Shown here: positions 27,027 through 34,250 of the stretch, piece by piece
Position numbering within the stretch: position 1 is the first letter of the stretch
How the letters are laid out: each line of letters opens with the position of its first letter
Virus record (IMG/VR): IMGVR_UViG_3300008004_000605
Direction: 5' to 3' (one strand)
DNA length: 34,250 nt
Source: a virus
Made by a program: the position numbers and the translations under genes
Notes under the pieces: generated by a model
Seen by the model: the letters and a program-made list of their open reading frames with translations, nothing else
Database searches by the model: none
Told to the model about the DNA's origin: nothing

Positions 27027-28103
27027 TTAAATTTTTTTTGAAATAAATGGTATTTCTAAAAGTATAGAATATGTATTTGTGTCGTTTGTTATGTCAAACT
27101 TAACATCACCATCATAACAAAGTTTAAGTCTATCCAATAGGTTTATCGTGCTCATATTGTTATGATTATTGATGTTTTGTTTGGATTCTGTATTTATATT
27201 TGGTTGGGGGTTTTTAATTTCTACGACTAAGTTTGAATTTAAATTTTTCTTAATAGATATTTCTATAGTTCCACCATCTTCTAAATTCTGAATTCCATGT
27301 AAAACACTATTTTCAATTAATGGCTGAATTGATAACTTTGGAATAATTCCCGAAACAATAATGTCTTCTTCTTGAATATTCCATACAACATTAAGTCTCT
27401 CTCCAAGTCTCATTTTTTCAATTTCTAAATATTTTTTAGATAATAATATTTCCTCACTAATAGTATGCATGAAAGTATTTTCTTCTCTTAAGCTAGCTCT
27501 TAAAAGTTCAGAAAGATTTAATAACATTTTCTTAGCAATTTCTGGTTCTTTTTTAATTAAGGAAACTATTGAATTTAATGTGTTAAATAAGAAGTGTGGT
27601 CGCATTTTAGCTTGAAGAAAACTTAGCTTAGCTTGTAAATAACTAGGGTGTAAGTTTTTCTCTCTCCAATCAAAATAGATTAAAAAGAAAAACAAAATAC
27701 CAAAAGAAAGAGCAAAACGTGCCAATGTTTCATCTAGTTCATTAAAAAATGTATCAAAAGATCTTGTCATGGCTGCATAAACTAAATAAACACAAAAAAA
27801 GTTAAGAAATATTAAAAAGAAAATAGCACCTAATGGTTTTAGTTTTTTTAATATATTGCAAGAAAAAATTAATAGTAATAATTGCATTATGACATATGGA
27901 GCAAAAATTTTAAGATTAATCCAAAATTTGAAATAAAATTCAGAAGCCTTATTAACTTCTGAAAATGAGTAAATAACACAGATGAAAAATGAAACAAGCA
28001 TTATTTTTAGTATATTCCAACCATCACTAAAGTCAGGAATATATGGAACTCGTTGTTCTATTCTGAAAAGAACTTTCCTTAAGTCTTTAATAAAGCCTTT
28101 CAT
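27027..28103 (-). CDS. Membrane-bound LytS/AlgZ(FimS)-type sensor histidine kinase, no adjacent response regulator
   Basis: Four hydrophobic segments; H box LQAKMRPHFLFNTLNSI; EILLSKKYLEIEKMRLGERL; N box IQPLIENSVLHG; degenerate G boxes. Confidence 0.88.
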   Translation of the reverse strand: MKGFIKDLRKVLFRIEQRVPYIPDFSDGWNILKIMLVSFFICVIYSFSEVNKASEFYFKFWINLKIFAPYVIMQLLLLIFSCNILKKLKPLGAIFFLIFLNFFCVYLVYAAMTRSFDTFFNELDETLARFALSFGILFFFLIYFDWREKNLHPSYLQAKLSFLQAKMRPHFLFNTLNSIVSLIKKEPEIAKKMLLNLSELLRASLREENTFMHTISEEILLSKKYLEIEKMRLGERLNVVWNIQEEDIIVSGIIPKLSIQPLIENSVLHGIQNLEDGGTIEISIKKNLNSNLVVEIKNPQPNINTESKQNINNHNNMSTINLLDRLKLCYDGDVKFDITNDTNTYSILLEIPFISKKI

Positions 28104-28117
28104 TTATATCTCAAAAA

Positions 28118-28666
28118 TTAATTTTGCATTAAAAAATCTAAGTATAATTTTTCTGTATTTTTTCTACCATTTTCTTCTGTATAATTAATTGAAGAATTGT
28201 TAAATCCAGATATATCATTAATAAAAATGTCTGAAACTGGAACATTAACTGAATTAGCTTTGGAATTTTTAGGTTTTGCTGATTGAAAATTTGATGTAAA
28301 AATAAACAAATCTTTTTGAATTTTTTGTTCTTTTGCTTTGGCATCATTATAAAGTGCCATCTCTTTATCAAATGCAGCTTTAGCTTCAGAGTTCATTTCT
28401 TCTTGTTGAGTTGTTTCGCCTTGCTTTTCATCAGTTGTGCCCATTGTTTTCTCTTGTGTTACAACATGAGTAACATCTTGAGCTAATTGAGAGATAGATT
28501 TGGGGGTTTTAATATAAATACCTGGTTTTGGTGAAATATAAGAAGAACTCTCTCCTGTATTTGTATTGCTAATGTTTATATAGCTAGCACCTGTAGGAAC
28601 AACTTGGGAAAAAGATGTTATTGAAATAGTTGTTAGTAGAATAATGGATAAAATATGTTTTTTCAT
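28118..28666 (-). CDS. Exported hypothetical protein
   Basis: Signal-peptide-like MKKHILSIILLTTISITSFS. Confidence 0.7.
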   Translation of the reverse strand: MKKHILSIILLTTISITSFSQVVPTGASYINISNTNTGESSSYISPKPGIYIKTPKSISQLAQDVTHVVTQEKTMGTTDEKQGETTQQEEMNSEAKAAFDKEMALYNDAKAKEQKIQKDLFIFTSNFQSAKPKNSKANSVNVPVSDIFINDISGFNNSSINYTEENGRKNTEKLYLDFLMQN

Positions 28667-28699
28667 AAAACTCTCTTTTGAAATTAATTTATTTAACTA

Positions 28700-28777
28700 A
28701 ACTTATTGAAATAAAAAATTAAGTCAAGATTTTATTTGTCCTATATTATGTCTTGTGGCTTGACTTTTTAAAGATTT
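28700..28777. promoter_or_regulatory. Divergent promoter pair with CTTGACTT -35 elements
   Basis: Minus: TTGACT-16-TAAGTT (AAGTCAAG at 28721-28728). Plus: TTGACT(28750)-16-TAAATT(28772). Confidence 0.55.
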
Positions 28778-28806
28778 TTATTAAATTTTTAAAAAAGGAA
28801 CATATT

Positions 28807-29304
28807 ATGACTGATAATGCAAAAAAACTTGGAACCCTAGAAGAGATGACTAAAGAAAGTTTTGAAAAAAGACCAAGCCAGGCAATAGAAGCAATAGAAG
28901 AGTATATTTTAAACTTAAAAGAAGATGATGAAGAAAGAGCTATAGCATTAGAGTCAAGATTAAAAATTGATTCAAAATATTTACACCAATTTAAAGTAGC
29001 TATGACACATACTCCAATAATGGTTTTTTTAATTTCAATAAAATCATCTGGAAGAGAAGAAATAGAGATAGATTTAGATCAATATGTTAGAGAGTTTTTA
29101 TTTTTCTCAAGAGATGATGATAAGGAAATATATTCAATGAAACTATTTTATTTGGTTGGATTAAATGCTACAGAACTCCAAAGAAAAGAAGATGGTAAAC
29201 CAGTTGAATATACTCAAGAACAAAAAGATGAATTTATTAAATATGATCAAATGTTAAGTTCATTAACAAAAAAATATTCTGAAAGTAAATTATATTTAGC
29301 TTAA
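28807..29304 (+). CDS. Hypothetical protein (start revised to ATG 28807, MTDNAKK)
   Basis: AAGGAA RBS precedes 28807; the track start overlaps the promoter. Confidence 0.75.
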   Translation: MTDNAKKLGTLEEMTKESFEKRPSQAIEAIEEYILNLKEDDEERAIALESRLKIDSKYLHQFKVAMTHTPIMVFLISIKSSGREEIEIDLDQYVREFLFFSRDDDKEIYSMKLFYLVGLNATELQRKEDGKPVEYTQEQKDEFIKYDQMLSSLTKKYSESKLYLA

Positions 29305-29390
29305 TTATTATGACTAATATTATAAATAAACTTATTTTTAACTAATTTATAAAAACAATTAAAACGAATAAGCCAATTAAGGAGCAATAT

Positions 29391-30375
29391 ATTGGCTTCA
29401 AAATAATAAATAATATTTTACTAACTTCTGCTCTTGTTGCATGTGGTGGTGGTTCTGATGCCGACAATAAGGATATATCCATTCCAACAGAAGTAATTAA
29501 CCCAATAGAATCAATTGTTTCTTTTTCACAAAGATTAATTATCTCTGATGGGCTTAGTAATGATGTAGTAAATTATGTTTATGATATAGCCTCTAATACT
29601 TTAAATAATCCACCATTAGATACTAAAGGTTGGACTATAACTGCAAGATATATGGGTGAAAATCCTTATGATACAAATAATTTCTCAGTAGATAATGGAG
29701 CAATAAAAAGCATTATAGATAATACAAAATTTAATGATTCAATTATTATTGGTGGTCCACATATAGCTATTGAAAAAAGATTTGACAACTTACAACTTAC
29801 CTATGTTTTTAAATAACAAACCGATTGTCTTTGGCTTTAATTCAACATTAGGTGAACAACCAAATAAAGAAAATGTTGCTCAAGCATCTTTATTTAACTA
29901 TATTAAGGATAATAAAGGAAATACATTTGCTATAGTAATGAATTTTTATGATAATCGGTTTAATAGCTTTACTCCATTTGTATCAAATGATACATATACA
30001 GCTTTTGTTTCAACTCCAATGGAAAACACTCAATTCCTAACAGTATTAGAACCGTCAAGTACAGAACCATATAAGAGCACAGTATTTATAAGCTCTGATA
30101 ATTTTTCTAATATTTTGAAACAGATGAATGAGAAATGCATATTAAATTGCATTAAGTGGGATATGGATATATCTAAATATAATTTAACATCAGTTGGAAT
30201 TCTACATGAAGTATTTGAATTAAACCCTAATATTAATTTTAAAAGTGAACTTCAAGTAAATGGATTACAAATTAGTCGGTAATCTAATTTGTATCATATG
30301 ATAAGCAACACCAAATCATTAGGTTGGAGTAATTATAAAGCCAAAGGCTTGTTGCAAAGAATACAACGAGTCTAG
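29391..30375 (+). pseudogene. Disrupted lipoprotein gene (lipobox LVAC-GGGS)
   Basis: AAGGAG at 29379-29384, then ATT at 29391 opening IGFKIINNILLTSALVACGGGSD... to TAA 29814. Track ORF 29770-30282 overlaps in the +1 frame. In-frame TAA 30280, then protein-like sequence to TAG 30375. Confidence 0.6.
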
Positions 30376-30434
30376 GCTAATTTTTTTATTTTGACAGATA
30401 AATTTTCATTTAAAAACAAAGTTTTTTATCTCAT

Positions 30435-31280
30435 TTATTCGATAATGGTTTGCTGAAGTTTCTTTAAAGCTTCATTTTCAATCTGCCTTACTCTTTCACT
30501 AGAAACATGTAGAATTTTAGAAATATCTTTGTGGGTTGGCTTATCTTCACTATAATACCGTAACTCTAAAACTTTTTTCTGATTTGGATTTAATGTTTTA
30601 ATCCCTTCTTTTAGTTTGTTTGAAAAAAACTCACTATCGTATTTATTTTGATAATCTGATTCTGGTGTTTCAAAAGTTGGAATATCAAAATGTTCATCAT
30701 CAGAATCAGATGGGGAATTAAATGAAAAATCTTCAGTAGAAAAATAAGATTGCATTTCTCTAGCTTCTTTTTCTGAGACATCTAATTTCAAGGAGATATT
30801 TTTAATAAATTCATTTTTAGGTAATCCTAAATTAATCATTTCTCTTTGAATGCTTTTAAAATTAAAAAATAATTTTTTTAAATTTTTTGTTGTTGCAATT
30901 TTTACAATTTTCCAATTTTTAAGAATATAACTTTGTATTTCAGATGTAATCCATATTTTTGAATAAGTATATAATCTAACTTTGTATTTCGTATCAAAAT
31001 TTTTAACGGCTTTCATTACCCCAATATTACCTTCTTGAACTAAATCTTCCATTGGTAATCCATAGCCACTATACTTTGATGCTAAATGCAAAACAGTTTT
31101 TAATTGAGACATAATTAACTTTTGAGCAGAAACTAAACAATTGCTATTTTGGAATTTTAAAGCAAGTAGTTTTTCTTCTTCTTCAGTAATAGTAGGCAAT
31201 GATTTAACAAAAAGCTTATATGATTCAAAAGAACTAATTGGTGGCATACCTGTTGGTATAAGCGAAGTACTAATATTCAT
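30435..31280 (-). CDS. rpoH: RpoH (sigma-32)-like RNA polymerase sigma factor, divergent
   Basis: KYSGYGLPMEDLVQEGNIGVMKAVKNFD; WI.SEI..YILKNWKIVKIATTK; RpoH-box-like KKLFFNF; region 4 LHVSSERVRQIENEALKKL; GGAGG RBS. Confidence 0.88.
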   Translation of the reverse strand: MNISTSLIPTGMPPISSFESYKLFVKSLPTITEEEEKLLALKFQNSNCLVSAQKLIMSQLKTVLHLASKYSGYGLPMEDLVQEGNIGVMKAVKNFDTKYKVRLYTYSKIWITSEIQSYILKNWKIVKIATTKNLKKLFFNFKSIQREMINLGLPKNEFIKNISLKLDVSEKEAREMQSYFSTEDFSFNSPSDSDDEHFDIPTFETPESDYQNKYDSEFFSNKLKEGIKTLNPNQKKVLELRYYSEDKPTHKDISKILHVSSERVRQIENEALKKLQQTIIE

Positions 31281-31304
31281 AAAACCTCCATATAAATATT
31301 TTTC

Positions 31305-31400
31305 ATTATAACATAAAAATCAATAAAAATCAATCTGATAAATTAAATATAAAAATCATTAAAAATAATCTTTGATTTTTTATCATTATTTTTATACAAT
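31305..31400. promoter_or_regulatory. Divergent sigma70-type promoters for rpoH and dnaE
   Basis: Minus: TTGATT(31333-31328)-17-TATAAT(31310-31305) with extended -10 TG. Plus: TTGATT(31372)-17-TACAAT(31395). Confidence 0.7.
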
Positions 31401-31432
31401 ATAAAGGTAAGATTTTTAAAGGAAAGAAAAAA

Positions 31433-34250
31433 ATGAGCTTTATACATTTGAAGACACAAACAGAGTATTCTATTACTCAAGGTTTAAATAGAATTGAAAA
31501 TATAGTTAAAAAAGCAGTAGATGACAAAATGGGTGCTTTAGCAATAACTGACTTAAATGGTATGTTCGGTAGTATTACATTTTATGAAGAGTGCACTTCA
31601 AGTGGAGTAAAACCAATTATTGGTATAGATATTGGTGTTGAACAAGACGATGGAAACTCTTATCAATTAACCCTATTAGCAAAAAATCAAAATGGATATA
31701 AAAGTTTAATTGCTTTAAATAGTAGAGCATATACAGAAAATAGAAAGTCAGATAGCTCATTTATAAAAGAAGATTGGTTAAGTGATTTGAAAGATGTTGT
31801 AATTTTATCAGGTGCAAAACAAGGATTAATCGGTCAAAATATTTTAAATGGAAAAATGAATGAAGCTATAGAGATTGCTACTCAAATGAAAGACTTTTTT
31901 GGGGAAGATTTTTATATAGAATTACAAAGAGATGGTTCTCTTGAAGAAGAGTTGTATATGGATGGTGCTGTAGAAATTTGTCAAAAATTGGGAATTGCTC
32001 CAGTTGCAACACATCCTGTAATATTCCTTGAATCAGAAGATTTCGTAGCTCATGAAACGCGTTATTGTATTGGTCATGGTGAAGCTCTATTCAGTTTGAA
32101 GCGTAAAAAGTTATTCAATAAAGATATGTATTTTAAAACTCAAGAAGAAATGGAGTTGTTATTTGAAGATATACCTCAGGCATTATCAAATACGGTTGCA
32201 ATAGCTAAAAAGTGTAATATTGAAATTGTACTACATCAACCACAACTTCCTCATTTTCCTACTCCAAATGGTGAAGATGTAAATACATATTTTACGAATA
32301 TAGCTAGAAAAGGATTGGTTGAAAGACTAGAGGATGATTTCCCAGATGTGAATAAGAGAGAGGCTGTTCATAAAGAATATGAAGACCGCTTAAATGTTGA
32401 AGTTGAAATTATTAAAAAAATGGGTTTTCCTGGTTACTTCTTAATTGTTTCTGATTTTATTACATGGGCAAAAGAGCAGGATATTCCTGTTGGTCCAGGA
32501 AGAGGTTCTGGTGCAGGTTCTTTGGTGGCTTATGCAATGAAAATTACAGATCTTGACCCATTACCTTATAATTTATTGTTTGAGCGTTTTTTAAACCCTG
32601 ATCGTGTAAGTATGCCTGACTTTGATATTGACTTTTGCCAATCAAGAAGAAATGAAGTGTACGAATATGTTAGAGAAAAATATGGTGAAGACGCAGTTTC
32701 ACAAATTGGAACATTTGGAACAATGGCAGCTAAAGCTGTTGTGAGAGATGTTGGTCGTGCATTAGCTTATAGTTATGATTTCGTTGATACATTAGCAAAA
32801 ATGATTAACATAAATGCCGCAAAACCAATCACATTAAAAGAATTTATTTTTGGGAAAAAAGACAAAAAAGGTGAAGAGTATGAAATTCAACCAGATGAAA
32901 AGTTACAAAGTCGTTATAATAATGAACCTGATGTTAAGAAACTTATTGATATTGCCTTGAAGCTTGAAGGAATTACAAAACAAGTTGGAACTCATGCTGC
33001 TGGAGTTGTTATTGCACCAACAAAATTAACAGAGTTTACTCCATTATATACATTAAGTGCTGGTTCTGCACCATCTAGTCAGTTTGCAAAAGATGATGTT
33101 GAAACTGCTGGTTTGGTAAAGTTTGACTTTCTAGGATTAAGAAATTTAACAACGATTAAAGAAGCGGTTGATTTAATTAATGTGCGTCTTGAAGAAAGGG
33201 GAGAACCTGCTTTAAATTTGAAAAAAATAGATTTAAATGATGCAAATGTTTATAAGAGCATCTTCGCAAATGGTAATACAACAGGTATTTTCCAATTTGA
33301 GGGTAGTGGTATGACTGCTGTTCTTCAAAAGGCGAATCCTGAAAAATTAGCAGATTTAATAGCAATTAATGCTCTATATCGTCCTGGTCCAATGGATATT
33401 ATTCCAGATTGGTTAGAGTCAAAAAATAGACCAGAAGATCAACGAGATTATCCACATCCAAGTCTTCGTGAAATGTTAAAAGAAACTTATGGCTATATGA
33501 TTTATCAAGAACAGGTTATGCAATGCGCTCAAATAATTGCAGGATTTTCTCTTGGTAATGCTGACTTGCTTAGAAGAGCTATGGGTAAAAAGAAGCCAGA
33601 AGAAATGGAAAAACAGCGTGATATCTTTATTAAAGGTGCCTTAAAAAATAATGTCGATGAAAAAACTGCAACAGGAATATTTGATTTGATGGAAAAATTC
33701 TCTGGTTATGGTTTTAATAAGTCACATGCTGCTGCTTATTCTTATTTAGCATATCAAACTGCGTATTTAAAAACATATTATCCAGATCAGTTTTTAACTG
33801 CTACTTTAAATTCACATATTGGAACTTTAGATACTGATAAAATTGCTATTTTAGCCAAAGATGCTAAAAATAATGACATAACTTTATTACCACCTGATAT
33901 AAATTCCTCCAAATATACATTCGTTGTAGAAAATGATGGTGAAATTCGTTATGGTTTAGGAGCAATTAAAGGTGTTGGGGAAAAGGCAGCTTTAGCAATA
34001 GAAAAAGAAAGATTAAAAAATGGTCCTTATACTGATTTCTATAACTTTTTAGAAAGAGCAGGTCGTGGTAATGTAAATAAAAGAGTAATGGAAGCATTAG
34101 TAAAAGCTGGTGTTTTAGATAGTCTAAATGATAACCGTGCTCAATTATTTGAAGGAATTGCTTCAGGACTAGATTATGTAGCTAAGTTTAGAAAAAAACA
34201 AATGGAAAATGTGTCTGTTCTTGGTGATTCTCTTTTTGATGATGCTCCTG
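31433..34250 (+). CDS. dnaE: DNA polymerase III alpha subunit, running off the window end (939 codons seen)
   Basis: Hand translation: MSFIHLKTQTEYS (PHP), GPGRGSGAGSLVAY, FERFLNPDRVSMPDFDIDF, GTHAAGVVI, KFDFLGLRNLT, GIFQFE, LYRPGPM, IYQEQVMQ, GYGFNKSHAAAY. Missing from the ORF track because no stop lies inside the window. Confidence 0.96.
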   Translation, partial: MSFIHLKTQTEYSITQGLNRIENIVKKAVDDKMGALAITDLNGMFGSITFYEECTSSGVKPIIGIDIGVEQDDGNSYQLTLLAKNQNGYKSLIALNSRAYTENRKSDSSFIKEDWLSDLKDVVILSGAKQGLIGQNILNGKMNEAIEIATQMKDFFGEDFYIELQRDGSLEEELYMDGAVEICQKLGIAPVATHPVIFLESEDFVAHETRYCIGHGEALFSLKRKKLFNKDMYFKTQEEMELLFEDIPQALSNTVAIAKKCNIEIVLHQPQLPHFPTPNGEDVNTYFTNIARKGLVERLEDDFPDVNKREAVHKEYEDRLNVEVEIIKKMGFPGYFLIVSDFITWAKEQDIPVGPGRGSGAGSLVAYAMKITDLDPLPYNLLFERFLNPDRVSMPDFDIDFCQSRRNEVYEYVREKYGEDAVSQIGTFGTMAAKAVVRDVGRALAYSYDFVDTLAKMININAAKPITLKEFIFGKKDKKGEEYEIQPDEKLQSRYNNEPDVKKLIDIALKLEGITKQVGTHAAGVVIAPTKLTEFTPLYTLSAGSAPSSQFAKDDVETAGLVKFDFLGLRNLTTIKEAVDLINVRLEERGEPALNLKKIDLNDANVYKSIFANGNTTGIFQFEGSGMTAVLQKANPEKLADLIAINALYRPGPMDIIPDWLESKNRPEDQRDYPHPSLREMLKETYGYMIYQEQVMQCAQIIAGFSLGNADLLRRAMGKKKPEEMEKQRDIFIKGALKNNVDEKTATGIFDLMEKFSGYGFNKSHAAAYSYLAYQTAYLKTYYPDQFLTATLNSHIGTLDTDKIAILAKDAKNNDITLLPPDINSSKYTFVVENDGEIRYGLGAIKGVGEKAALAIEKERLKNGPYTDFYNFLERAGRGNVNKRVMEALVKAGVLDSLNDNRAQLFEGIASGLDYVAKFRKKQMENVSVLGDSLFDDAP

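Noticed and set aside
27027-27035. Histidine kinase and NrdA as members of the KI-tail family
   Set aside because: Both end in KI, but the kinase lacks the L-x3-L spacing and the NrdA end (CDTGACKI) is the normal redox-active tail.
5143-30282. TAA reassigned to an amino acid (in-frame TAA at 5143, 7566, 11652, 11694, 12214, 30280)
   Set aside because: glyA, nrdA, amn and guaC end at TAA at their expected C-termini and have no internal TAA. The interrupted genes are accessory, and three of them also carry frameshifts. AT-biased decay explains the pattern.
30283-30380. Small structured RNA (GCAAC/GTTGC with inner hairpins)
   Set aside because: The stretch is the in-frame continuation of the disrupted lipoprotein gene, and the stems are short.
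265-33365. Short track ORFs at 265, 1554, 3721, 4112, 6242, 7837, 11954, 13689, 17411, 19201, 22222, 22439, 23813, 27982, 28138 and 33177
   Set aside because: They are antisense or alternate-frame shadows of better-supported genes or promoter regions, with no RBS or recognisable motifs.
1-34250. CRISPR array, rRNA or tRNA genes, virion or conjugation genes
   Set aside because: No regularly spaced 25-45 nt repeats, no cloverleaf with a T-loop, and no recognisable structural or T4SS motifs found by eye; a tRNAscan/HMM run is still advisable.

Overview
Very AT-rich window (roughly a quarter G+C by eye) with densely packed, mostly monocistronic genes that switch strand often. It looks like a giant extrachromosomal element (huge phage or megaplasmid) of a proteobacterial host rather than an ordinary chromosome. 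No virion or conjugation genes lie in the window, so phage versus plasmid cannot be decided. Recognisable genes: glyA, class Ia nrdA with a 418-aa LAGLIDADG intein at the catalytic cysteine, AMP nucleosidase, guaC, a Gpt-like phosphoribosyltransferase, a Pol-beta-superfamily nucleotidyltransferase, a calcineurin-like phosphoesterase, an orphan AlgZ/LytS-type kinase, a divergent rpoH, and dnaE (31433 to window end, absent from the supplied ORF track). Accessory content: an IS1-family transposase, a decayed restriction-modification pair, several pseudogenes, ankyrin proteins and exported proteins, including a nuclease-fold protein that has lost its catalytic residues. The strongest unexplained signal is that five proteins with no evident similarity elsewhere end in the same L-x3-L-x10/11-K-I-stop tail, a candidate sorting or secretion signal. 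A promoter-driven, apparently structured non-coding RNA may run off the left edge.
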